Part shown: positions 8,509 through 16,745 of the stretch, in pieces
Position numbering within the stretch: position 1 is the stretch's first letter
How the letters are laid out: each line of letters starts with the position of its first letter
IMG/VR virus record: IMGVR_UViG_3300014733_000004
Location: 1,182 to 65,181 of that record
Direction: 5' to 3' (one strand)
Length of the DNA: 64,000 nt
DNA from: a virus
Lineage: Duplodnaviria; Caudoviricetes
Position numbers and translations under genes: made by a program
The notes under the pieces: model-generated
What the model was told of the DNA's origin: nothing
The model's database searches: none
The model's input: the letters and a program-made list of their open reading frames with translations, nothing else

Positions 8509-8536
8509 AAAAAGGAAGGCCCGCGCGAGGCGGGCC
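8509..8536 (-). terminator. Intrinsic terminator
   Basis: GGCCCGC-CTCGC-GCGGGCC followed by TTCCTTTTT on the minus strand. Confidence 0.75.
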
Positions 8537-8547
8537 GGTGGTGGTGG

Positions 8548-9690
8548 TCAGGGGCTCGAGTGCAGGAGGTCCATCTGGGCGGGCGGGGGCTGCCGAGGGG
8601 GCCTGCGCGGTGGCTTGGCCTGCCTGGCAAGCAGCTGCAGGACCGTCTTCACCCGGCCGGGCACCAGCTCGGCGTATTCGGGGTTGAGTTCGCACAGCAC
8701 CGCACGGCGGCCGTGCGCGATCGCCACGCCGGCCGTGGTGCCGCTGCCACCGAAAGGGTCCAGCACCACGTCGCCCGGCCTGCTGCCGGCCAGGATGCAA
8801 GGGGCAATCAGCCCGGGAGGGAAAGTTGCGAAGTGCGCACCGCGATATGGGCGCGTTGCGACGCTCCAGACGCTTCGCCGGTTGCGCAGATCTCCGTCGT
8901 AGTCCACATCGGCGCGGTCTGCCCTGAACTGCGGCTTCTGACCGTGCTCTCCTGCGCTGTCCTTCGTGGTGCGAGCGAAGCTGTAGCGGCGGCTGCGCAT
9001 GCGCTCGGCATACGCCAGCAGCCCGCCGCGTGTGCGGTGCATGTCGTCCTTGCTGCCGTCCGTCAGGCCTTTCAACGGGCGCACGTTGCCGGGCGCCTTG
9101 CCCGCTGCTGGCTCCTTCACCGCCTCGTGGTCGTAGTAGTAATGCGGCTTCTTCGAAAGCAGGAAAAGGTATTCGTGAGCCTTCGTGCACCGGTCCGTGA
9201 TGGACTCGGGCATGGGGTTGGGCTTGTGCCAGATGATGTCCTGGCGGAGGTGCCAGCCATCGGCCCGGAGCGCGAAGGCAAGCATCCAGGGGATGCCGAT
9301 CAGATCCTTGGCCTTGACGCCAGCTGCGTCCAGCCAATCAGGCCGGTTGCGGACATTGGTGACGTTCTGACCGCCGGCAGTGTTTCGGGAGCCTTTTGTG
9401 TAGTTCCCTCCGCCGCCGCCCGCGTAGCTGTCGCCGATGTTGATCCAGAGCGTGCCGTCGTCGGCCAGCACGTCGCGAACGCACCGGAATACCCGGACAA
9501 GCCCCGCGATGTATTGCTCGGGCGTCTGCTCCAGCCCGATCTCGCGGGCCTTGTCCGGGTGTCCGTCCGGAAGGTAGCTGCGCAGGCCGAAGTAGGGCGG
9601 ACTGGTCACGCACATCTGCACGCATTCGCCGCGCGCGGCCATGGCGCGCAGGCTGTCCCGGCAGTCGCCCAGGTCGATTCGGTAGTCCAT
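8548..9690 (-). CDS. Amino (N4-C/N6-A) DNA methyltransferase, beta class, orphan
   Basis: Motif IV VTSPPYF near the N-terminus and motif I LDPFGGSGTT near the C-terminus; start MDYRIDLGDC with GGAG SD. Confidence 0.93.
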   Translation of the reverse strand: MDYRIDLGDCRDSLRAMAARGECVQMCVTSPPYFGLRSYLPDGHPDKAREIGLEQTPEQYIAGLVRVFRCVRDVLADDGTLWINIGDSYAGGGGGNYTKGSRNTAGGQNVTNVRNRPDWLDAAGVKAKDLIGIPWMLAFALRADGWHLRQDIIWHKPNPMPESITDRCTKAHEYLFLLSKKPHYYYDHEAVKEPAAGKAPGNVRPLKGLTDGSKDDMHRTRGGLLAYAERMRSRRYSFARTTKDSAGEHGQKPQFRADRADVDYDGDLRNRRSVWSVATRPYRGAHFATFPPGLIAPCILAGSRPGDVVLDPFGGSGTTAGVAIAHGRRAVLCELNPEYAELVPGRVKTVLQLLARQAKPPRRPPRQPPPAQMDLLHSSP

Positions 9691-10160
9691 CGGGGCTCCG
9701 TGTGGTAGCCCGCGTGGCGGGCGCGGTAGAGAAAAAGCCGGTTGCCCATCGAAGGGCTGCAGGGGGAAGAGAGAGGGAGGGAGGAGAGCCCCCGGCCCGG
9801 CTGGGAAGTGGTGTGCGGCGTCAGGGTGCGGCGGACATGAGCTGCCACGGCTCCGTGGGCGTCCGGCGATACCAGGCGGCGACACCGGCATCGCACTGGT
9901 CGACCCGGTACTGCTCCAGCGTCCGCACCAATTCCGACAGGGCGCGGAGGAAGGTGGGCATGGGGCCGAAGCAGCTGGGCCCGATGAGGACGAAGTTCTT
10001 CCCGTCGGGGACGTGGAAGGGCGGCACGAAATCGTCAGGCATGCGGGGCTCCGTGGGGCTGTGGCCCCGGGCGGGGCCGGGTTGTAGAAAGACCGCTGCC
10101 CCATCGGGGCGTGCCGAGGGAAGAAAGAGAGGGAGGAGTGGAGACCCCCCGGGCGCGGTG
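9691..10160 (-). repeat. Degenerate duplicated ~110-nt leader element (copies at about 9691-9800 and 10044-10160)
   Basis: Exact 12-mer cggggctccgtg at 9691 and 10044; shared order of two hairpins and a purine tract (pyrimidine tract on the mRNA); a third purine tract at 10212-10232. Confidence 0.65.
9821..10042 (-). CDS. Hypothetical protein (73 aa), first recognisable gene of the leftward transcript
   Basis: GGAG SD; MPDDFVPPFHVPDGKNFVLIG... Confidence 0.65.
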   Translation of the reverse strand: MPDDFVPPFHVPDGKNFVLIGPSCFGPMPTFLRALSELVRTLEQYRVDQCDAGVAAWYRRTPTEPWQLMSAAP

Positions 10161-10660
10161 GAGGGCCGCCCTGAGCAGGACGCCGAAAGAAAGAGCCGCG
10201 TGGTGCGCCCCAAAGAAGAGGGAGGGAGGAGAACGGGGCGCGCGGCGAAAACTGGGTGCGGTGGATCGCACTGGGCAGCGACCGCTGTGGGCAGGCGCTG
10301 CACGGTGAAATCATATCCTCGCTTCTTTCCCGAGGTGGTCAGCGCTCGCGCGCCGGTCGTTGTTGCTCTTGGCCTCCCGTGATGCCGCACCGCCGTACTG
10401 ATCCCAGCGGATGGATTTCGCAATGCAGGGGTCTTCCGGTCGTTTCCTTCCTTTGCCCACCTATATCTCGTTCGCGATGCCTGTCCCGTCCGGGGGCAGA
10501 GCGCTACTAGCCTTTGCACGGCGATCTTTTCTATCCCGCTACCGCCCGCGGCGGCCCTGTGTTTACCCAGCCGTGCCTGCTGCAAGAACTTGGCGGGCTG
10601 CTCTCGATCGATGGGCCCCGTCGCGGGCAAAAACCTGGCGGCAAGCACTGCGATGGGCGT

Positions 10661-10703
10661 ACTCTAGCAATAGTTTGCTAGTGACACAAGCAAAATATTG
10701 CTA
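10661..10703 (-). promoter_or_regulatory. PL-like promoter with two repressor operators (OL)
   Basis: Minus strand TTGTGT-17bp-TAGAGT; palindromes TAGCAA-TAGT-TTGCTA (10665-10680) and AAGCAA-AATA-TTGCTA (10688-10703). Confidence 0.8.
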
Positions 10704-10821
10704 CGGCGGAAGCGCGATGGCGCATTCTCTGGAAAGGGCGCTATCAAAATTGAGGAAACGCAACCATGGCTTGCGATGCCATCGGCGTTTGCTGTTGGCT
10801 TCGTGCGAAGTCTGTGGAATA

Positions 10822-10837
10822 CTGTATAAAAATACAG
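10822..10837 (+). promoter_or_regulatory. LexA (SOS) box
   Basis: CTGT-ATAAAAAT-ACAG, a full CTGT-N8-ACAG match, immediately upstream of the AGGAGA SD of 10851. Confidence 0.85.
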
Positions 10838-10850
10838 TTAGGAGAACGAC

Positions 10851-11129
10851 GTGGGTGAAGGTCGCAAAAAATTGTTGGGTTGGCGTCTGAAGCAGGCGCG
10901 ACGAGAGGCGCGGTTGTCGCAAGGACATGTTGCGGATACGTTAGGCATCACGCGGCAGTGCGTGTCTGCCTGGGAGACGGGCGCGAGTAGCCCGTCCGCC
11001 ACCCAGCTTGGAGAGCTGTCGGGGCTCTATTGCAAGTGCGCTCACACACTGTTGTTCGGAGAGCCATTCAAGGCCATCTGTTTGGCGGCCATGATCGGGC
11101 AGGGCCTGTCGCCTCTGCCTTCACCTTGA
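10851..11129 (+). CDS. XRE-family HTH protein, SOS-regulated (antirepressor candidate)
   Basis: RLKQARREARLSQGHVADTLGITRQCVSAWETG is a typical XRE HTH. Confidence 0.85.
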   Translation: MGEGRKKLLGWRLKQARREARLSQGHVADTLGITRQCVSAWETGASSPSATQLGELSGLYCKCAHTLLFGEPFKAICLAAMIGQGLSPLPSP

Positions 11130-11139
11130 GGAGAAATCG

Positions 11140-11388
11140 ATGGATGCGAAGACCCTGTATGACCAGATGGACAACGATGAGGCGAAAGCACCGCATGTAC
11201 GGTGCGTCACGTCACTCTACGCTGCTCGCCTGGCGGCAATTGCACCTAAGCTGTCACCTGAAGAGCTGGATCAGATGATTGAATTGGGGGTAGTGGTGCA
11301 CCGCCGGTCCACTGTGCTGGTACCGGTGCTCAGTGCAACCAACGTGGAAGACTGGCTGGCCCGAAATGCCAGCGGCAAGGGCGCATAG
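11140..11388 (+). CDS. Hypothetical protein (82 aa), co-transcribed with the SOS-boxed HTH gene
   Basis: GAGGAGA SD; 10-nt gap from the previous gene. Confidence 0.8.
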   Translation: MDAKTLYDQMDNDEAKAPHVRCVTSLYAARLAAIAPKLSPEELDQMIELGVVVHRRSTVLVPVLSATNVEDWLARNASGKGA

Positions 11389-11409
11389 AACGCCACATCC
11401 GGGGCGGGG

Positions 11410-11793
11410 CTACGCGCTTTCGGTGGCCTTCTTGCTTTTGGCCGCCTGCCTTGAGGTGCGGGGGTCTACCCCGGCCGGCGCGTCGTCTTTGGTGAGCACC
11501 TTGTACGCGGCCTCAATGCGTTCATAGACATCCCGCTGCACGCCATCGAGCGGCCGCAGCAATTCCCACGACTCGACCTCAAGCGCAGAGGCGAGCATTT
11601 CCACTTCGGTCAACTTTGCCGACCCGGGCTTCCCGTCCTTGCCTTGCTTGCGGCGCTCAGGATGCAGGTAGAGGCTGATCGTCGTTTGGCCAACACCACA
11701 CTTTTTCGCCAGACCCATCTGCGTTAGTCCCTTGCGGACCATGTGGTGTTCAAGGTTCTCCGCGAGAGCCTTGTTTAGCGCGCTGACTTGCAT
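11410..11793 (-). CDS. CI-like repressor, XRE HTH only, no S24 peptidase domain (127 aa)
   Basis: LTQMGLAKKCGVGQTTISLYL HTH; divergent from cro across operators; too short for a LexA-type C-terminal domain. Confidence 0.8.
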   Translation of the reverse strand: MQVSALNKALAENLEHHMVRKGLTQMGLAKKCGVGQTTISLYLHPERRKQGKDGKPGSAKLTEVEMLASALEVESWELLRPLDGVQRDVYERIEAAYKVLTKDDAPAGVDPRTSRQAAKSKKATESA

Positions 11794-11816
11794 GGACGAA
11801 GTCTGCTCAGTATTGC

Positions 11817-11859
11817 TAGCAAAGTGTTGCTTGCTTGAGTAGCAATGAATTGCTAGGAT
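11817..11859 (+). promoter_or_regulatory. PR-like promoter with two operators (OR)
   Basis: TTGCTT(11831)-17bp-TAGGAT(11854); palindromes TAGCAA-AGTG-TTGCTT (11817-11832) and TAGCAA-TGAA-TTGCTA (11840-11855). Confidence 0.82.
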
Positions 11860-11865
11860 CGAGTC

Positions 11866-12102
11866 ATGTCCGCAAGATTTGACAACGCAATCCGAGACCG
11901 ACTCACACAGCGCCGGGGCGACTGGGCGGAGATCGCAGAGCAGTCCGGCGTCAGCCATTCTTGGATCTCCAAATTCGTGAACGGCCGGATCCCGAACCCG
12001 GGCTACGCGACGCTCGAGAAGCTCTCGACGGTTTTGAGACCCCGCCGACGAGGTCCCAACAAGGCCGGTCGCGCGAGAGTAGGGGAGGTGAGCGATGGCT
12101 AG
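11866..12102 (+). CDS. Cro-like HTH protein, probably leaderless
   Basis: WAEIAEQSGVSHSWISKFVNG HTH; ATG lies 6 nt after the -10 hexamer, with no SD. Confidence 0.82.
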   Translation: MSARFDNAIRDRLTQRRGDWAEIAEQSGVSHSWISKFVNGRIPNPGYATLEKLSTVLRPRRRGPNKAGRARVGEVSDG

Positions 12103-12365
12103 GCACCTGACCGCCCGGCCTTCAGTTGAGCCACGAACGGACGCAGGCGCTCGTACCTCTCTGCGTATCCACCCAGGTCATCGGGGTAGAGCCTCACCCA
12201 AGCATCTCCGGTCCATCGGACCGCGAAGTTCGCAGGCTTCTCGGGCCTGCAGACCACCTCGGCATCACCCATCGCATTTCCCTGCGCATAGACGTTGCAC
12301 ACCACGCAGCTCCAGTGCTCAACAACGATCCGGTCCCCGGGCTTGATTTCGGGACGTACTGACAT
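12099..12365 (-). CDS. Counter-oriented hypothetical protein (88 aa)
   Basis: Strong SD GGAGAGAGGT 5 nt before ATG; shares CTAG with the cro stop and CATG with the next start. Confidence 0.65.
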   Translation of the reverse strand: MSVRPEIKPGDRIVVEHWSCVVCNVYAQGNAMGDAEVVCRPEKPANFAVRWTGDAWVRLYPDDLGGYAERYERLRPFVAQLKAGRSGA

Positions 12366-12591
12366 GAATGACCTCTCTCCAAAAGAACGTGTTTTTCAGA
12401 TGCTCGCCTCGGTGGCGCGCACGCTGGATGAATCCCCCGACCTGAACGCTGAGCGCCATCACCTGGCGACCCTGGTTGAGCACTGCCGCTCCTGGGAACC
12501 CCAGGTTGCTGATCTTCCGAACTCCGGAGCGGCCGGGGAGGGCACCCCTTCCCAGAGCTCATCCCTACGAACCACACCGGCGGACGCATGA
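12364..12591 (+). CDS. Hypothetical protein (75 aa)
   Basis: MNDLSPKERVFQMLAS...; ATGA overlap with the next gene. Confidence 0.55.
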   Translation: MNDLSPKERVFQMLASVARTLDESPDLNAERHHLATLVEHCRSWEPQVADLPNSGAAGEGTPSQSSSLRTTPADA

Positions 12592-12899
12592 GCACGACCC
12601 CAGAAGACCACGACGACCCGATGTTCGCCCGAGGCATTGCCGGCCCGCTCGGCAAGCTTACCTGCGACGCCAAGACCAAGATCGATGAAGTGACCCACGA
12701 GCTGTGGCTGCAGCACTGTGCTTCGCGCGGGCTGGACACCGCCGGGGTGCTGCGCGACTGCATCTACGCGCTGGTGCACGGCAAGACGTACCGACAAATG
12801 GTGGTGGACAAGATCAGCCATGACTCGAAGCGTATCGACGCGCTCGCGAAGCTCATAGGGCCGTTCGGGGCCCCCGAATCGGAGGGCGCCGGGCAATGA
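12588..12899 (+). CDS. Hypothetical protein in the cII position (103 aa)
   Basis: Operon position and ATGA overlaps on both sides. Confidence 0.7.
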   Translation: MSTTPEDHDDPMFARGIAGPLGKLTCDAKTKIDEVTHELWLQHCASRGLDTAGVLRDCIYALVHGKTYRQMVVDKISHDSKRIDALAKLIGPFGAPESEGAGQ

Positions 12900-13606
12900 G
12901 CGCGATCCTCGCCACCACGGGGGCTTTGCCCCTGACCATGAGTAGCCGCGAGATTGCCGAGCTGACGGGAAAAGACCTGTCGCACGTGAACCGCGACATC
13001 CGCACGATGCTGGACGCCCTGCGGGATGATCCGGAACTGGATCATGTCCGGGAAGACAAGGACGCCCGGGGCTACACCACGGCGTTCCACCTCGGGCAGG
13101 AGCTGACCTACACGCTCCTCGCCGGCTACAGCCTGCCGCTGCGCCGCCGCGTGGTCGCGCGCTGGCAGGAGCTGGAGGCCCAGGCCGCCCCCGCGATTCC
13201 GCGCACGATGGCTCAGGCCCTGCGCCTAGCCGCCGACCAGGCGGATCAGCTCGAACTGCAGCGGGCGCAACTCGCCGAAGCCGCGCCGAAGGTCGAGTAC
13301 GTCGACCGGTACGTGGCCGCCAACGGCGCCAAGGGTTTCCGGCAGGTCGCCAAGCTCCTGCGGGCCAACGAACACGAGTTCCGGGCGTTCCTGCAAGAGG
13401 AGAAGGTCATGTACCGCCTGGGCGGGGAGTGGACCGCCTACCAGAGCCACATTGACGCGGGCCGCTTCGTGGTGCGGTCGGGCGTGGCCACGGCCACCGA
13501 GCACGCCTTCAACGTCACGAAGTTCACCCCGAAGGGGGTGGAGTGGGTCGCGGGGCTTTGGGGCAGGCATCAGGCGCGGAAGGCGCAGGGGGCAGCATCC
13601 CAATGA
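12896..13606 (+). CDS. Rha-family N-terminal domain plus ANT/KilAC antirepressor domain
   Basis: MSSREIAELTGKDLSHVNRDIR (Rha); APKVEYVDR...KFTPKGVEWV (KilAC). Confidence 0.9.
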   Translation: MSAILATTGALPLTMSSREIAELTGKDLSHVNRDIRTMLDALRDDPELDHVREDKDARGYTTAFHLGQELTYTLLAGYSLPLRRRVVARWQELEAQAAPAIPRTMAQALRLAADQADQLELQRAQLAEAAPKVEYVDRYVAANGAKGFRQVAKLLRANEHEFRAFLQEEKVMYRLGGEWTAYQSHIDAGRFVVRSGVATATEHAFNVTKFTPKGVEWVAGLWGRHQARKAQGAASQ

Positions 13607-14559
13607 GCACGATCGTGATGGCGGCCTGCTGGCCGCTCCAGGGCATGTCCGCTGCCCAGAAGTCGGTGCTGATCTCGCTGGCCGACCAAGCCAACGACGA
13701 TGGGGTGTGCTGGCCGTCCGTGGCGACGATCGCCAAGCGCACGTGCCTGTCCGAGCGATCGGTGCAGGAGGCGATTTCCTGGCTGCAGGCCGTGGGCGCG
13801 GTGTTCCGTGAGTACCGTGTGAACTCCAGCACCAGCTACACGGTGACGCCTGCGAGCTACAAGCCGGGGGCAGCGCCTGCGAAGCGCAAACGCTCGGGTG
13901 CAGATGGCGCACCGGGTGCAAATAGCGCACCCCCCGCAGCAGGCGCACCCGGTGCAGATGGCGCACCCCCTCCCGCAGATGGCGCACCAGGGGGTGCAGA
14001 TGGCGCACCTCAACCCCCGCAGGAGGCGCACCCCACCGGTGCGCCAGGCGCACCCAAATCATCATTGAACCGTAAAAGGAACCAACAGAGAACCGCCAAG
14101 GAACCATTCCCGCCGGCTGCGCCGCCGGCCCCGCAGGGTGAGGGCGACGATCCGGAGACGGCGCTGCAGAACGCATGCCGGGCGACCTGGACCGCCTACT
14201 GCACGGCATTCCTGGCCCGCTACGGCGTGCTGCCCGTGCGGAACGCGCCGGTGAACGCCAACGTGAAGTCGCTGGTGAAGCGGCTGGGCTACGAGGAGGC
14301 GCCGCTGGTGGCCGCGTGGTACGTGGTGCACGTGAACGAGGCGTTCGTGGTGAAGAACTCCCACGGCGTGGGCGTGCTGGTGGCGAGCGCCGAGGGCTAC
14401 CGCACCCAGTGGGCCCGCGGCCAGGCGGTGACGGGCACGGCGGCGCAGGCCACCGACAAGACCAGCGCCAACGCGGACGCCATCGAGGAGGCGAAGCGCC
14501 TTTCGCGGGAGCGTGCAGCGCGTCGTGCCAAGCAGAACGGGGAGGGCGGCAATGATTGA
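13603..14559 (+). CDS. Replication initiator (N-terminal wHTH) carrying the origin
   Basis: KSVLISLADQANDDGVCWPSVATIAKRTCLSERSV; central DNA repeats. Confidence 0.88.
   Translation: MSTIVMAACWPLQGMSAAQKSVLISLADQANDDGVCWPSVATIAKRTCLSERSVQEAISWLQAVGAVFREYRVNSSTSYTVTPASYKPGAAPAKRKRSGADGAPGANSAPPAAGAPGADGAPPPADGAPGGADGAPQPPQEAHPTGAPGAPKSSLNRKRNQQRTAKEPFPPAAPPAPQGEGDDPETALQNACRATWTAYCTAFLARYGVLPVRNAPVNANVKSLVKRLGYEEAPLVAAWYVVHVNEAFVVKNSHGVGVLVASAEGYRTQWARGQAVTGTAAQATDKTSANADAIEEAKRLSRERAARRAKQNGEGGND
13900..14054 (+). repeat. Origin iterons: eight copies of GCAGATGGCGCACC and variants
   Basis: Copies start at 13900, 13918, 13936, 13954, 13975, 13996, 14019 and 14041, followed by an A-rich tract, as in lambdoid origins. 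Confidence 0.85.
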
Positions 14560-15331
14560 CGAAGACGCACGCGACTGGCTCGCGGAGGAGCTGGGCGCCA
14601 CGATGGAGCTGGCCGGCCAGCAGATCCGTCCCGCCGCGCTGAGCCTGCTGATGGACGATCTGGCGCACCTGCCCAAACCGGTGCTGCAGATGGCCCTGGC
14701 GCGCATCCGGGCCGAGCACAGGGGCCTGATCCTCACCGGCACGGTGCTGCAGTACGCGGACCACGCCCTGGGCCGCCTGCTGCCCGCCGAGGCCTACGCC
14801 CTGGCCATGTCCGGCCAGGACGAGCGCTGCACCGTGGTCTGGAACAACGAGATCGCGGAGGCCTGGGGGCTGGCAGCGCCGCTGCTCGCCGTCGGCGACA
14901 AGTTCGGTGCGCGGCAGGCCTTCATGGAGGCGTACGCACGCATCACCGGTGAGGCCCGAGCCATGCGGAAGCGGCCGCAGCTGCAGGTGAGCCTGGGCTA
15001 CGACGCCGAGGGTCGAACCCGGGCCGTGCAGGAAGCCATCGCCGCCGGCCGCCTCCCTGGTGGGCTGGAGACGCTGCCCGACGACGTGCGCGAGCAGCTG
15101 GCCCTGCCCGCGCCGCGCGCCGCGCTCGCACTCCCAGCCCCCGAGGTGCACGCCGACAGCCCGGCCAAGGCGCAGGCGCTGGAGAGGTTGCAGACGCTGC
15201 GCGCGCTGCTGACCCGCGGCATGCCCCGGGCCCAGCGCCTCCTCAAGGTGCGAGCGTGGCAGGACCGCCGGCGCACCCGTTCGCTCAAGGCCGCCGCGCA
15301 GCAGCGCGTGGACGCATTCCAGGGGGGCTAG
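14552..15331 (+). CDS. Putative helicase loader / replication protein P analogue
   Basis: Directly after the initiator with overlapping start; family not confirmed. Confidence 0.55.
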   Translation: MIDEDARDWLAEELGATMELAGQQIRPAALSLLMDDLAHLPKPVLQMALARIRAEHRGLILTGTVLQYADHALGRLLPAEAYALAMSGQDERCTVVWNNEIAEAWGLAAPLLAVGDKFGARQAFMEAYARITGEARAMRKRPQLQVSLGYDAEGRTRAVQEAIAAGRLPGGLETLPDDVREQLALPAPRAALALPAPEVHADSPAKAQALERLQTLRALLTRGMPRAQRLLKVRAWQDRRRTRSLKAAAQQRVDAFQGG

Positions 15332-15334
15332 GCC

Positions 15335-16045
15335 ATGATGAAGATGGAATTCACACGCGATGACGTGCTCGCCCGGATCACCGATGGGCCGGTGCGCACG
15401 CTCGACCTAGCCGGCTCCCGCAACCACGAGGTGCGCCAGCGCCTGCGTGCCGTGCTTGAGGAGCTGGGTGCTGACGGTCTGATCCGTAGCGTCTACATCG
15501 AAGGCATTCCGCACTGGGTGCTCAAGGATTGGGACTTCACCGATGCACTGAAGCTGCAGATCCTCACTAACCGCAGCCGCCGGATGCTCGATGGTTGCCT
15601 GGAGTGGCCGGGGTATCTGGACCCCAGGCGCGGCCCAATGGCATGTATCGGGAAGGATGGTGTGCCCACGTCGGTGCGGCGGACCATCTGGCAAATCAAG
15701 CGGGGCCCGCTGGGCTACCAGCAGACGGTGCGCGTGGACTGCGAGAACGATCGATGCGTTGAGTACCAGCACATGGTCCTTGGCCGGCGTGAGGACAAGG
15801 CCATCGGGAAATCCATTACCCAGCTGCAGCGGGCGCGGATCGCCCGGGCGAAGCAATGCACCGGAAAGCTGGACTGGGAGAAGGTCCGTGCCATTCGCGC
15901 CCGCCTCGATGCTGGCGCCACAGACGGGGAACTGGCCCGGGAGTATGGCGTGGCAAAGCCGACGATCGCCGACGTGCGCAAGCACCGGTCATGGCGCGAG
16001 GAAGGCGGCATGTTCACCGCGCTGATCGCCCGGAGGACGGCATGA
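15335..16045 (+). CDS. Protein with degenerate HNH-like core and C-terminal HTH
   Basis: GCLEWPGY...CENDRCVEYQHM and KLDWEKVRAIR...ELAREYGVAKPTIADV. Confidence 0.6.
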   Translation: MMKMEFTRDDVLARITDGPVRTLDLAGSRNHEVRQRLRAVLEELGADGLIRSVYIEGIPHWVLKDWDFTDALKLQILTNRSRRMLDGCLEWPGYLDPRRGPMACIGKDGVPTSVRRTIWQIKRGPLGYQQTVRVDCENDRCVEYQHMVLGRREDKAIGKSITQLQRARIARAKQCTGKLDWEKVRAIRARLDAGATDGELAREYGVAKPTIADVRKHRSWREEGGMFTALIARRTA

Positions 16046-16494
16046 GCAAGATTTTGGGCATCGACCCGGGCATGGACACCGGCCTCGCCACCTTCGAGGC
16101 CGGCAAACTGGTGGCGCTAGACACCATCACGCCGCTCGAGCTGGAGCGCACCATCCGCGCGGCCCGGCCGGACTGGGTGATCTACGAGGACTCGCGCCTG
16201 CAGAGCCGCGCCTGGAACGCGCACAGCAAGGCCGCGAAGGGCGCGGCGCTTGCCACGGCGCGTGACCTGGGCACCGTGGATGCCTGGTGCCGCTTGATCG
16301 ACGCCATCTGCGCGGAGCTGGGCATCCCCGCACGAGGCATCAGCCCGGCGGCGAAGGGCCCCAAGCGCGCCGCCGAGAACTTCAAGGCATACACCGGCTG
16401 GCAGGGCCGCTGCAACCAGCACGAGCGCGACGCCGCCATGGTCGGATGGACGTTCCGTCAGGCTGCACCCGAGAAGAAGGCGAGGGCGGCATGA
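16042..16494 (+). CDS. RuvC-like Holliday junction resolvase
   Basis: ILGIDPG, VIYED, HERDAAM acidic motifs. Confidence 0.8.
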   Translation: MSKILGIDPGMDTGLATFEAGKLVALDTITPLELERTIRAARPDWVIYEDSRLQSRAWNAHSKAAKGAALATARDLGTVDAWCRLIDAICAELGIPARGISPAAKGPKRAAENFKAYTGWQGRCNQHERDAAMVGWTFRQAAPEKKARAA

Positions 16495-16745
16495 GCAGCA
16501 CGCACGACTACACCAGCCCCCGCTGGGGCCACAACATCACGTTCACCATGGTGAGCGAGGACGGCAAGACGGCATCCGTGGTGGGCCACGGCCAGGGCGT
16601 CAAGGTGGGCGACTACCTGATCCTGGCGAACGGTCCGCGCGCCACCACCCGCTACCGGATTGTGAAGCTGAAACGGGCGCGCCCGGCCGACTGCTGGCGC
16701 GCGCGCATCGAGTTCGCCCCGCGCGAGGAGGCACCGGCATGCTGA
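16491..16745 (+). CDS. Hypothetical protein (84 aa)
   Basis: ATGA overlap; beta-rich sequence. Confidence 0.7.
   Translation: MSSTHDYTSPRWGHNITFTMVSEDGKTASVVGHGQGVKVGDYLILANGPRATTRYRIVKLKRARPADCWRARIEFAPREEAPAC

Noticed and set aside
9691-10314. 208-aa in-frame N-terminal extension of the amino-MTase (588-aa ORF)
   Set aside because: Low-complexity P/S/R sequence crossing another gene and leader repeats; a good SD precedes MDYRID at 9690. A short upstream peptide starting at 10314 is not excluded.
10411-10890. 159-aa plus-strand ORF
   Set aside because: Runs through PL, both OL operators and the LexA box; no recognisable domain.
13900-14054. CRISPR-like or coding tandem repeat
   Set aside because: Short 14-bp units with 4-9 bp gaps inside the initiator gene fit origin iterons; there are no unique spacers and no cas genes.
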